Shown: positions 1 to 8,700 of the stretch, piece after piece
Numbering within the stretch: position 1 is the stretch's first letter
Layout of the letters: every line of letters starts with the position of its first letter
Source: a virus
IMG/VR virus record: IMGVR_UViG_3300029520_000002
Length of the DNA stretch: 64,000 nucleotides
Reading direction: 5' to 3' (one strand)
The notes under the pieces: model-generated
Seen by the model: only the letters and a program-made list of their open reading frames with translations
The model's database searches: none
What the model was told of the DNA's origin: nothing
Program-made: the position numbers and the translations under genes

Positions 1-152
1 TGCAACCTACAATAAGGAACAGGGCAAATTCAAAAGTTGGGTCAAAGCAAACAACTCCTTTCATTGCCCATTATTTGGGTATGAAAGAATTTTAACACAT
101 AGGAAAAATATTTTCAACACAAAACGGAATTGAAAATCAGATTAAGAAAGGA

Positions 153-974
153 GTGATAAACACGAACCAGTTAGTGCATATTGGAAATTCAGATATCTCA
201 ATAAAAGAGTATAGCGGTCAGCGAGTTGTTACATTCAAAGATATTGATATGGTACACGGCAGACCAGACGGAACGGCAAGGAAGAGATTCAACGACAATC
301 GAAATCACTTTATTGAAGGAGAAGATTTCTTCGTTATAACTCAGCCGTCCGAAATTCGGACGCTTGGTTTGGAAAGACCACAGGGCGGTGTTCCAGAAAA
401 AGTTATTCTTGCCACAGAACAAGGTTATCTGATGTTGGTTAAGTCCTTTACAGACGATTTAGCATGGGATGTTCAGAGACAGCTTGTAAATGGATATTTC
501 AAAACCAAAGAAACTGTAAAAAGAGCATTGTCACCAGAGCTTCAAATGTTACAGGGACTACTTTCACAGATGGTTGAAAAAGAACTTGCCGACAAAGAAA
601 GAGACAGGCAGATTTTAATTGCCAAAGAAACCGCAGATAAAGCTGTTGCAACTACAGAGAACATCAAAGAAGCGGTTAAGCCTGTATTTGATAACTGGCG
701 TTCAGAAATTAATTCTAAATTCAATCGCATACAAAAAGGTGCTGGAGCAGAGTTTAAAATGCTTAGAACAGAAATGTACACAGAATTGGAACGCCGGGCT
801 GGATGTGATCTGAATACAAGATTAAGAAATAAGCGAAAACGCATGGCTGAAAATGGTTGCACCAAAACAGAGATTAATTCACTAAACAAAATGGACGTCA
901 TCGATGACGATAAAAAGCTGCGAGAGATTTTCTCCAAAATCGTAACTGAATATGAAATTAAATATTGCGCATAA
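153..974 (+). CDS. ORF6N/KilA-N-type antirepressor-like DNA-binding protein
   Basis: 273-aa ORF. The N-terminus IKEYSGQRVVTFKDIDMVHGRPDGTARKRFNDNRNHFIEGEDFF fits my recollection of the ORF6N domain of phage antirepressors. The GTG start abuts the SD, so the exact start is uncertain. Confidence 0.6.
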   Translation: MINTNQLVHIGNSDISIKEYSGQRVVTFKDIDMVHGRPDGTARKRFNDNRNHFIEGEDFFVITQPSEIRTLGLERPQGGVPEKVILATEQGYLMLVKSFTDDLAWDVQRQLVNGYFKTKETVKRALSPELQMLQGLLSQMVEKELADKERDRQILIAKETADKAVATTENIKEAVKPVFDNWRSEINSKFNRIQKGAGAEFKMLRTEMYTELERRAGCDLNTRLRNKRKRMAENGCTKTEINSLNKMDVIDDDKKLREIFSKIVTEYEIKYCA

Positions 975-996
975 AAGAAAGGAGGAGAAATAGAAA

Positions 997-1154
997 ATGT
1001 CAGAGAAAGAAAAAAAATCGTAGAAAAGCTGAAAGAAGCAATCCCGAAAATGTCAGAGTTTGATAAAGGCTACATTCTCGGGAAAGTGGAAAGTTTTTCT
1101 GATAACAGTCTGGAGCAAAAAACAGATAAAAAAGAAACTGTTGATTCAGATTAA
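997..1154 (+). pseudogene. small protein gene whose frame breaks in an A8 run (MSEKEKK / IVEKLKEAIPKMSEFDKGYILGKVESF...)
   Basis: ATG at 997 has a strong SD (AGGAGGAG, 9-nt spacer) but stops after 8 codons. The -1 frame continues from the A8 run (1010-1017) to TAA at 1152-1154. An internal ATG at 1050 lacks an SD. Confidence 0.45.
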
Positions 1155-1169
1155 AAGAGAGGTTGGAAA

Positions 1170-1394
1170 ATGAGTAGTACATATAACGTTCTTTGCGCTA
1201 TTTTGGAAGAGCTCCAAGCTATTCACAATATCATGGAGCAGCCAAAAAAACGAGTTTCTAAAAAAGATAAGAAAAGCATCGAAAAACGCATTATTGATAG
1301 ACCTCTTCTTGAACCTCAAAATTCTATGATGATGGAAAGAAAGGAGACTAATGAAAACATCAAAAATCGAAATCCGGCAAGTAAATGGCAATGA
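1170..1394 (+). CDS. hypothetical protein
   Basis: 74-aa ORF with SD GAGAGG upstream. It overlaps the next ORF by 44 nt. No motif recognised. Confidence 0.4.
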   Translation: MSSTYNVLCAILEELQAIHNIMEQPKKRVSKKDKKSIEKRIIDRPLLEPQNSMMMERKETNENIKNRNPASKWQ

Positions 1395-1716
1395 AGGAAT
1401 CTTCACAGAAATCCTTGTAGATGGTCATAAACTTGAGGGAGTAAGAAGCTTTGAGTTGAAACAGGGAGTTGGAGATTCAGAACCTATACTTTCCATTGAT
1501 CTGAATGCTTTTGATTTATCTACAGATTTGCAAATGTTGCAGGTGAACCAGAAAGGAATTGGAGAAATTGAAGAAATCAAGTTCAAAGATTCGCAAAGGA
1601 TGCTGGAATTCAACATACAAAAAGTAACGCACACGGCAAAAGTTGATAAGAAAATAATAGCCGAATGCGTTACAAGTGGAATTACTTCTGCTGTTCAAAA
1701 CTCAATTGATGATTAG
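1351..1716 (+). CDS. hypothetical protein
   Basis: 121-aa ORF with SD AAGGAGA upstream. It loosely resembles the product of 37995-38393 (...DG.EV..VRS...). Confidence 0.6.
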   Translation: MKTSKIEIRQVNGNEGIFTEILVDGHKLEGVRSFELKQGVGDSEPILSIDLNAFDLSTDLQMLQVNQKGIGEIEEIKFKDSQRMLEFNIQKVTHTAKVDKKIIAECVTSGITSAVQNSIDD

Positions 1717-1738
1717 AAATTATGGAGAGGGAAACACA

Positions 1739-1957
1739 ATGAATGTTGAAAAATATTTATCTGAAAAGCTGTCAAGCCATGAGGGACAGAAATATTTAGA
1801 ATTTAGAAGAAGAAACGGACAGGAAGCAGACGAACTCTACAAAAAAGTAAAAAATGAAATTGCCGAATGCCATCTGTCCGTTACGGAAGCAAAAGGGTTC
1901 TTAGAATTTATGAAGTTGGTTATTGAAGAGCTTTCATATATTCCGGTCAAAGAATGA
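1739..1957 (+). CDS. hypothetical protein
   Basis: Internal ATG of ORF 1676-1957, preceded by GGAGAGGGA. Confidence 0.55.
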   Translation: MNVEKYLSEKLSSHEGQKYLEFRRRNGQEADELYKKVKNEIAECHLSVTEAKGFLEFMKLVIEELSYIPVKE

Positions 1958-2162
1958 CTTCTGTGGTAATGCTTTTAATATCAAAACCGTCAGAATCAAA
2001 TACATCTTGAATTTCATTTGCGGTATGAAGCATTGAAAGAATTTCTTTTGAATACGGATGTTCTTTTCCACAGTTTGGACACGAAATTTTATCCGCACTT
2101 ATTGCTTCATTCAAATAGTAGCTACAACGACAGTTACAGGAAACTTTTAATTTGAGAAACAT
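1947..2162 (-). CDS. small Cys-rich zinc-ribbon-like protein
   Basis: Start MFLKLKVSCNCRC... is preceded on the minus strand by GAAAGGAGGTG. Contains a CPNCGK motif. One of the few minus-strand genes in the early module. Confidence 0.5.
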   Translation of the reverse strand: MFLKLKVSCNCRCSYYLNEAISADKISCPNCGKEHPYSKEILSMLHTANEIQDVFDSDGFDIKSITTEVIL

Positions 2163-2236
2163 TTTAACACACCTCCTTTCTGAACACATTATACCATTCA
2201 GAGGGAGATAATAAAAGAAAACAGGGAGGAAAAACA

Positions 2237-2527
2237 ATGATTAAATTTGAAAACGGCTTACTTAACATTTCTGGTAAAGGGATTGATATTCTTTCAGAGT
2301 ATGCAGTTATTACCCATGAAATTAAAGAGATGTTTGTAAAAGATGGTGGAAAAGAGGAAGAAGTAAAAGAACAGCTTAGACATTCGTTCGAGCATGGTCT
2401 TATGAACGAAGAAGAACTTGATAAAGAAATCAAGGAAAAGTTCAAACGGGTAGATGCAATTATTCCGATTGTGTCGCTTCTGGAAGAAATGCTTAAAACA
2501 TTCGGTGCAAAAGACAAGGAGAATTAA
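2237..2527 (+). CDS. hypothetical protein
   Basis: 96-aa ORF with SD GGGAGGAAAA. Confidence 0.6.
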   Translation: MIKFENGLLNISGKGIDILSEYAVITHEIKEMFVKDGGKEEEVKEQLRHSFEHGLMNEEELDKEIKEKFKRVDAIIPIVSLLEEMLKTFGAKDKEN

Positions 2528-2529
2528 TC

Positions 2530-2718
2530 ATGGGAGAAACTAAAAGTACAGATTATATTCCAGAGAACGCCAATGAAGAATATGCACTTCTGGTTGGAAG
2601 ATTAAAGGCATTTGAAGCTTGGGCGAATAACGTGAACGATTATGATTTCACAAAGGATATGGCATTTAGAATGCTTGGGCTTGATGTGGACGAATCAAAG
2701 AAGGAAAAGAAAAAATGA
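2530..2718 (+). CDS. hypothetical protein
   Basis: 62-aa ORF with SD AAGGAGA, tightly packed with its neighbours. Confidence 0.55.
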   Translation: MGETKSTDYIPENANEEYALLVGRLKAFEAWANNVNDYDFTKDMAFRMLGLDVDESKKEKKK

Positions 2719-3665
2719 AATGCTTTAAAGGCTTTGATAAGAATTTAAAGTGCAGAGGTTTCCAGTATGAGGAGGGAAAAGAGTTTCATGTAGCAAAAGC
2801 GGATTGCTGTAATGAGGGATTTCATGCGTGTGAGTATCCTTTGGATTGTTTTGGTTATTATAATCCGGCTGAGAGTGTTTTCCATGAGGTAGAGTTATCT
2901 GGAGAAATGGATAAGAGTGAAGGTTATACTAAGGTATGTGCTACTGATATTAAGATTGGTGCAAGAATCTCTATTGCTGGATTGGTGAAAGCAGCTATTG
3001 AGTTTACCATGAGTAAAGTAAACAAAGAGGAAAAATCAGATGAAAGACACGGCTTTGCATCTGCGACAGGGTATCGTGGAGCCTCATCTGCGACAGGGAA
3101 TTTTGGAGCCTCATCTGCGACAGGGGATCGTGGAGCCTCATCTGCGACAGGGGATTATGGAGCCTCATCTGCGACAGGGGATTATGGAGCCTCATCTGCG
3201 ACAGGGGATTTTGGAGCCTCATCTGCGACAGGGGATTATGGAGCCTCATCTGCGACAGGGTATCGTGGAGCCTCATCTGCGACAGGGTATTGTGGAGCCT
3301 CATCTGCGACAGGGTATCGTGGAGCCTCATCTGCGACAGGGAATTTTGGAGCCTCATCTGCGACAGGGTATTGTGGAGCCTCATCTGCGACAGGGTATTG
3401 TGGAGCCTCATCTGTTAATGATCCTACTGGTGTTGCAATTGCATGGGGACATGAGGCAAAAGCTAAAGGTTGCTTAGGTGCTCACTTGATTATCTCTGAC
3501 TGGAGATACATTGGAGAAAAGTGGTCTAATGGAGAGTATAAAAGACCTTATGCATTAGAAAACTGGGAGCTTGCTGGTGCTAAAATGGTACGGGTAGATG
3601 GAGAAAACATTAAAGAAGATACTTTCTATACGTTGAAAGACGGAAAATTTGTAGAAGTAGATTAA
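2715..3665 (+). CDS. repeat protein: Cys/His-rich N-domain (DUF7666-like by recollection) plus about 13 nonapeptide repeats ASSATG-x-x-G
   Basis: 316-aa ORF. N-terminus is MKCFKGFDKNLKCRGFQYEEGKEF...CCNEGFHACEYPLDCFGYY. The central repeat is G-ASSATG-(Y/D/N)(R/Y/F/C). Confidence 0.7.
   Translation: MKCFKGFDKNLKCRGFQYEEGKEFHVAKADCCNEGFHACEYPLDCFGYYNPAESVFHEVELSGEMDKSEGYTKVCATDIKIGARISIAGLVKAAIEFTMSKVNKEEKSDERHGFASATGYRGASSATGNFGASSATGDRGASSATGDYGASSATGDYGASSATGDFGASSATGDYGASSATGYRGASSATGYCGASSATGYRGASSATGNFGASSATGYCGASSATGYCGASSVNDPTGVAIAWGHEAKAKGCLGAHLIISDWRYIGEKWSNGEYKRPYALENWELAGAKMVRVDGENIKEDTFYTLKDGKFVEVD
3057..3414 (+). repeat. 27-bp tandem repeat, about 13 copies, in-frame within CDS 2715-3665
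   Basis: The unit tcatctgcgacaggg-NATNNT-ggagcc repeats head to tail. Variation is confined to two codons per unit. Confidence 0.95.
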
Positions 3666-3750
3666 GTTGCCCTGGAAGGTGCGGTAACACCAACCAGGAC
3701 GGTATCTAACTAAGAATGAGTTAGTTAAATACAGGAATATTATAACACAA

Positions 3751-3793
3751 CCTCCTGTATTTGACAAACAAAAATATAACAGGAGGATTTTTT
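3751..3793 (+). terminator. putative intrinsic terminator
   Basis: Stem CCTCCTGT (3751-3758) pairs with ACAGGAGG (3779-3786), followed by a T-run. The 20-nt loop is large, and the 3' arm doubles as the SD of the next small ORF. Confidence 0.4.
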
Positions 3794-3928
3794 ATGCAAA
3801 AAAATGGCGAAAATCAGCCACTTTCCAGTGAAATCATTGCTGATCTGGAAGAAAAGCTGATGGCAAGAAATGTAATTATCGCTATTCTGGCAGCTGCACT
3901 TGCAGTAACCACATCCAGAAGAAAGTGA
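3794..3928 (+). CDS. small protein (44 aa) with hydrophobic C-terminus
   Basis: ATG lies 6 nt after AGGAGGA. C-terminal segment is VIIAILAAALAVTTS. Below the size cutoff of the ORF track. Confidence 0.3.
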   Translation: MQKNGENQPLSSEIIADLEEKLMARNVIIAILAAALAVTTSRRK

Positions 3929-3935
3929 GGACAAA

Positions 3936-4112
3936 ATGAAAGAGGTGGTAAAGACAATAGGAGAAATATTTGTAGGGATAGGGATGTTTACAGTAATCTT
4001 CTCAATCACATGGATGTTTACACCATTTGATGCCATCGGGGTGTTCTTTGTATCAACAGTCTTATTCTTAATGGTGTTTCTTCCTATTATATTAGGAACG
4101 GAGGAAAAGTAA
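3936..4112 (+). CDS. small membrane protein (58 aa)
   Basis: SD GTGAGGA. Two hydrophobic stretches (IGMFTVIFSITWMF, VFFVSTVLFLMVFLPIIL). The stop abuts the next ATG. Confidence 0.45.
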   Translation: MKEVVKTIGEIFVGIGMFTVIFSITWMFTPFDAIGVFFVSTVLFLMVFLPIILGTEEK

Positions 4113-4730
4113 ATGCAAAGATTAAATAAAGTAAGATTATCCGGCAGAGCCGGGGAAATAGTGTTCAGCCACGAACATTACGGAAGATACTATTACAAAT
4201 TTATGCTGACAGTCATTCGCAGAAGCGGTGCAGTGGATATGTTTCCAATCGTTATAGAAGATTCCGTTGTGCGTGACAACGATTACAACGGAAAAGAAGT
4301 TTTGGTAACAGGAGCAATAAGAAGCATGGACACTTCTAAAAATCCAAATAAGCACCACAATGTTAATTATATCGCAGCTGACAAGGTGGAAGTTCTGGAA
4401 GAACAAGTTCCGGAGGGCGATATAAACGAAGTAGAGTTTATTGCCAGAAGTTGCACGAAAGAACCATATGCAAAACTTACACCAGTAACGCACAGAAAAG
4501 TTTCAAATCTTTTTGTAGCAATTCCAAGAGATCATTCAGAAAGAGCAGATTTTATTCGCTGTACTTTATGGGGAAAAGGGGCTGATCTGGCGGTAGAGGT
4601 TAAAAGAAATGATTACATTAAAGTAAACGGAAGGTTAATGAGCCGTGATGTTTATGTTAATGGGGAAGAAACGGAAAGTGTATATGAGATTTCCGTAAAA
4701 GAAATGGAGAAATTGGAGGATGAAGAATAA
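4113..4730 (+). CDS. SSB-like protein with two tandem OB-fold-like halves
   Basis: Each half follows the SSB OB pattern, e.g. ADFIRCTLWGKGADLAVEVKRNDYIKVNGRLMSRDV. Paralogous to the next gene. No acidic SSB tail. Confidence 0.5.
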   Translation: MQRLNKVRLSGRAGEIVFSHEHYGRYYYKFMLTVIRRSGAVDMFPIVIEDSVVRDNDYNGKEVLVTGAIRSMDTSKNPNKHHNVNYIAADKVEVLEEQVPEGDINEVEFIARSCTKEPYAKLTPVTHRKVSNLFVAIPRDHSERADFIRCTLWGKGADLAVEVKRNDYIKVNGRLMSRDVYVNGEETESVYEISVKEMEKLEDEE

Positions 4731-5382
4731 TAAGAATGAAGTTCAGATATATGGCGTAATAATGGATATTCAGCCAGGAACGTTTTTCAAGGACGGAGAA
4801 AAATTCGTAAGATTCTATATTGGTGCAAAGCGTACCAGCGGGAACGTAGATTTACTTCCGGTAATTGTTGAAGAAAAGCAGACGGAGGGCTTAAAGATTG
4901 GAAAACACGTCTACGTTGAAGGGAGATACAGTTCTTCAAACAAACATGAAAGTGGAAAGTCACATTTGATTCTTGAAATCAAAGCGGAAACAATCTGGTG
5001 TGGAGATGGTGATGGGAGTGCAGAAGGTGAAAACAAAATCATTCTGGAAGGTTATCTTTGCAAGCCACCTGTATACCGAAGAACAACGAGAGGAAAAGAA
5101 ATCTGTGATTTGATGATTGCTTGCAATGAATATGACTTGCGAAGAACAGATTATATCCCATGTATAGCATGGTGGAAAGAAGCCAGAGAAGCTGCTAATT
5201 TCAAGGTCGGTGATTACGTAAGCATAATCGGAAGAATCCAGAGCCGAATTTATCAGAAAAAATTATCTGGTGATGAAATAGAGCTTAGAACTGCATATGA
5301 GGTATCAATAGGAAGGATAATCGAGCATGAAAGTGGAAGTAAAAAAGATTTCGTTGGAGAATTACAAGAAGTTTCCGAGTAA
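4720..5382 (+). CDS. SSB-like protein with two tandem OB-fold-like halves (paralog)
   Basis: Motifs: RTSGNVDLLPVIVEEKQ...GKHVYVEGRY and TDYIPCIAWWKEAREAANFKVGDYVSIIGRIQSRIY. Same architecture as 4113-4730. Confidence 0.5.
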   Translation: MKNNKNEVQIYGVIMDIQPGTFFKDGEKFVRFYIGAKRTSGNVDLLPVIVEEKQTEGLKIGKHVYVEGRYSSSNKHESGKSHLILEIKAETIWCGDGDGSAEGENKIILEGYLCKPPVYRRTTRGKEICDLMIACNEYDLRRTDYIPCIAWWKEAREAANFKVGDYVSIIGRIQSRIYQKKLSGDEIELRTAYEVSIGRIIEHESGSKKDFVGELQEVSE

Positions 5383-7354
5383 GTCTGTAGATTTGTTTCC
5401 GAGAACAGAGATTTCTGGCAGAAACAGAGAAGGAAAATCCACATTACAGGACGCATATTTGGACGTTCTGACAGGAAAGATGGCAAATGGTACAGAACCT
5501 ACTTCTATTCGCAGAAAAGAAAATGGCGTGGAAGTGCCAAAGGTTGATGTTGTAAGAGAGCTTACACTTTCGATTGATGGGAAAGAAAAAGTGATCCGCA
5601 AAATCACAAAGCAGAAGTGGAGAAAACCAAGAGGACAGTCAGAAGAGGTGTTTGATGGAAATGAAACTTCTTATGAAATTGACGGATTCCCGGCTAAATC
5701 AAAGGATTATACCGAGTTCATCCAGTCAATAGCAGAACCTTCAACGCTTCTGATGTGCAGTAACCCAAAACCATTTCTGGATACATTACAGAAGTCAACC
5801 GCAGAATCCAGGAAGGTACTGGAAAAAATGTCTGGTTTCGATATTGCTCGGTTTATGGAAGAGAATCCACAGTACGCTCATGTGGAAGAAATCACAAAGG
5901 GACATTCCGTAGAGGATACATTGAAGAAGCTCCGAAAGGAACTGAATGCACAGAAGAAAAAAGTTGATGCAAAAAACACAGAGATTGCATATGAAACCAA
6001 TAGAAGTGTTGAAGCAGAAGATACCTCCTCCTTGGAAGCCAAAAAAAAGGAGCTTAATGCAGAACTTTCCAAACTGGAAGAGCAGGAACGGGTTCTTGAA
6101 GATTCAGCAAAAGGATATGACAGCCTTACATATGAAATCCGAGGGCTGAAATCTTCCAGGGATGGTCTGGTCAGCAATGCGGATAAAGAGCTGAAAGACA
6201 AGAAAGCAGCCATTGTGAATACGCATTATGACCTTGCAAAAAATAAAATTGAAAAAGAATCAGCTATCCGAATGTTGGGAATGGAACTGGACAACCACAT
6301 AAGGAAAGCACAACAGGCAAAAGCTGACTTAGATAGAGCCAGACAGGACTATCCGAGAATCAAGGAAATGGAGTGGGATGATTCTGGACTGAAAGCTATT
6401 GAAACCGAAACATTCAATGATTCTGATGCCATTTGCCCGACTTGTGGACAAGAACTGCCGGAAGAACAGATTTCCAAGTTAAAAGCTTCCTTTGAAGAAA
6501 AAAAGAAAGCCCGAATTGAAGCACAGTTGAAAGCAAAAGAATCCTTTGAATCGGAGAAGCAGGAAAAGCTTAAATATGTCTGCGACCTTGGAAATACTTC
6601 CGCTGCAAAATTAAAGAAAACTAACGAGGAAATAAAAAAATTACAGTCGGAAATCAGTGCGGCACAGGATGAAGTTGCTGAACTTACTAAGCAGATCGAG
6701 GAAGAGCAGTCCAAATTTACGGAGCTTCCAGAATCTGTAGATATGACAAATGACGAAGAATATCTTGCAGTTACAGCGAGAATTGCAGAACTTGAAGAGA
6801 AACTGAAATCATTTGATGATGTTCCTGGAAAGAAACAGGAATTAAGAATGCAGATCAGCAATGTTATGAAACAGATTTCCAATGTGGATGCAGACATTAA
6901 GATTGCACAGGCAGCAGTCACAGAGAAAGAAAAGCGAGTAGCCGAACTGAATGAGGAACTGAAAATCCTTGGACAGGTACAAGCTGATATCGAAAAGAAC
7001 ATCGACACCGTTCTTAACTTCTCAATTCAGAAAAATAAGGCACTGGCAGAGAAAATCAATCCATTTTTCCAGCATTTCCAGTTTAGTTTTCTTGATTACA
7101 CGATTGAGGGAAATCCAGTAGAAACTTGCAAAATGATCTGTAATGGAATCGACTACAATAGCGGATTAAATCATTCCGACAAAATTCTTTGTGAGGTTGA
7201 TTTACTGAATGGATTACAGGAAATGAATGGGCTGAATCTGCCGATTTGGATTGATGATTCGGAGAGCATTGACAAAAGCAGAATTCCTGTATTAGACAGG
7301 CAGATGATTATTCTGAGAGTGACGGATGGGGATTTGAAAGTAAAAGGAATCTGA
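5327..7354 (+). CDS. SMC/Rad50/SbcC-like ATPase with zinc-hook-like CxxC
   Basis: Has an N-terminal Walker A (GRNREGKST), a long coiled coil, a central CPTCGQ motif, and C-terminal LPIWIDDSESID (Walker B/D-loop-like). Overlaps the upstream gene by 56 nt. Confidence 0.7.
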   Translation: MKVEVKKISLENYKKFPSKSVDLFPRTEISGRNREGKSTLQDAYLDVLTGKMANGTEPTSIRRKENGVEVPKVDVVRELTLSIDGKEKVIRKITKQKWRKPRGQSEEVFDGNETSYEIDGFPAKSKDYTEFIQSIAEPSTLLMCSNPKPFLDTLQKSTAESRKVLEKMSGFDIARFMEENPQYAHVEEITKGHSVEDTLKKLRKELNAQKKKVDAKNTEIAYETNRSVEAEDTSSLEAKKKELNAELSKLEEQERVLEDSAKGYDSLTYEIRGLKSSRDGLVSNADKELKDKKAAIVNTHYDLAKNKIEKESAIRMLGMELDNHIRKAQQAKADLDRARQDYPRIKEMEWDDSGLKAIETETFNDSDAICPTCGQELPEEQISKLKASFEEKKKARIEAQLKAKESFESEKQEKLKYVCDLGNTSAAKLKKTNEEIKKLQSEISAAQDEVAELTKQIEEEQSKFTELPESVDMTNDEEYLAVTARIAELEEKLKSFDDVPGKKQELRMQISNVMKQISNVDADIKIAQAAVTEKEKRVAELNEELKILGQVQADIEKNIDTVLNFSIQKNKALAEKINPFFQHFQFSFLDYTIEGNPVETCKMICNGIDYNSGLNHSDKILCEVDLLNGLQEMNGLNLPIWIDDSESIDKSRIPVLDRQMIILRVTDGDLKVKGI

Positions 7355-7437
7355 TAATTAGGAGGGGAAAATGCTAACAGCAACATGGGGAAAACATTTT
7401 TTCAAGGCAGATTCCACGTATAGTAAATAAAAAATCG

Positions 7438-7560
7438 GTGGCATATGAATCCGGGTGAATGCCCGGAAAGCACAACAGGAAAAAATAAAACAGTTAATGA
7501 AAGAACAGGAAATTACAATTCAACATAGGACAAATTATTTCATCCTGTTTCATATGCCAC
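7438..7560 (+). promoter_or_regulatory. structured leader element upstream of the RecT-like gene
   Basis: A perfect 12-bp stem GTGGCATATGAA (7438-7449) pairs with TTCATATGCCAC (7549-7560). It encloses the hairpin CCGGG-tgaatg-CCCGG. Two AACAGGAAA copies (7474, 7504) can each pair with the single TCCTGTT at 7543. Confidence 0.4.
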
Positions 7561-7592
7561 TGAGCATATAAATAAAGAAAAGGAGAATTAAA

Positions 7593-8699
7593 ATGACAGA
7601 AAACACACAGGTAGCAAATTTTAACACACAGCTTTCCTACTACACAAATCGTTATGTTGATTTAATGGAAAGAGATTTAACTTCAAGAGGAATGGAATTT
7701 GATTCCTACTCAAAGGATTGCGTAGTGGCAGCAATGGGATCTATTTTCCAGATGGTGCATGAGAGTGGAGTGAGTTTTGAAGCAATTAATGGCTCTAACC
7801 TTAAATTCATTCTGAGCAAAGTAGCAGCGTTAAAACTGAACGCAAACGCACAGCCGAGAGAGTGTTATTTCCAAATCAGAAACGTAAACATAGCGGCGAA
7901 AGGGCAGAAACCTCAGTGGGAGAAGAAAATCGAATTTGCGATTGAGGGCGATGGAAATGACGCTCTTGTAAGCAGATATGGTGTCGATGTAGCTAAAGTA
8001 TTCCCGTACTGGAAAGTCAGAGAAGGTGATAAGTATATCCCACCAAGACATAAGGGTGTGGAAATCACACCGCCAGAATGGGAAGAGTCTGGTGTAGGTA
8101 AGGTAGTGCGTATCGTATATCCGATTCAGTATAAGGACGGACATATTGAATATCTTTCTTGTGAAAGAGCAGATGTACTGAAGAATCTTGCAGCGCACAT
8201 CAAGAATAATCTCCAGAATGAAACGTTTGGAATTTGTGCAGACAGATATAAAGCTACAGATGCGCAGAAAGCTCAAATTGAAGCAAAGAAAAAAGAAATC
8301 ATGAAAAAGGTCTCTGACATTGGAGAACTGGAAGCAATCATTGACTGTGAGGAATTAAGACCGTATATTTCACCGTCTTATTATGAAACACAATCCAGAG
8401 AATCAATGATTATTCGTAAGATGCGAAACAACATTATGAAGTCTATTCCTAAGAAATGGGATAATCCGGTGCAGGCTTATGAATATAACATGATGGATGC
8501 TACGTACAGGGAAGTGCAGGAAGAAATCAAACAGAATGCCAATGTAGAAGAATTCATTCCACAGCCAGAAGCAATCGAAGAAAAGCCAAAGCAGCCAACC
8601 GTAGCCGAAACCGTAAAAACAGAAGAGAAAGAACCAATCCCGGCAGCAGAGCCAGTGGAAACAGAAATTCCGTCATTTATGAGCCAGGAGGAAATGTAG
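7593..8699 (+). CDS. putative RecT-like single-strand annealing protein
   Basis: 368 aa. Overall pattern (...QPRECYFQIRN..., VREGDKY..., acidic/proline-rich tail) and its position next to SSB-like and ATPase genes. Assignment is by recollection only. Confidence 0.45.
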   Translation: MTENTQVANFNTQLSYYTNRYVDLMERDLTSRGMEFDSYSKDCVVAAMGSIFQMVHESGVSFEAINGSNLKFILSKVAALKLNANAQPRECYFQIRNVNIAAKGQKPQWEKKIEFAIEGDGNDALVSRYGVDVAKVFPYWKVREGDKYIPPRHKGVEITPPEWEESGVGKVVRIVYPIQYKDGHIEYLSCERADVLKNLAAHIKNNLQNETFGICADRYKATDAQKAQIEAKKKEIMKKVSDIGELEAIIDCEELRPYISPSYYETQSRESMIIRKMRNNIMKSIPKKWDNPVQAYEYNMMDATYREVQEEIKQNANVEEFIPQPEAIEEKPKQPTVAETVKTEEKEPIPAAEPVETEIPSFMSQEEM

Positions 8700-8700
8700 G

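Noticed and set aside
3057-3414. Possible CRISPR array, because of regular 27-bp repeats.
   Set aside because: The repeats are contiguous with no spacers, lie in-frame inside a CDS, and there are no cas genes in the window.
3004-3477. ORFs 3004-3411 (-) and 3040-3477 (+) with repetitive MRLH.../HLRQGI... products.
   Set aside because: They are alternative-frame and antisense readings of the 27-bp tandem repeat inside the well-supported CDS 2715-3665.
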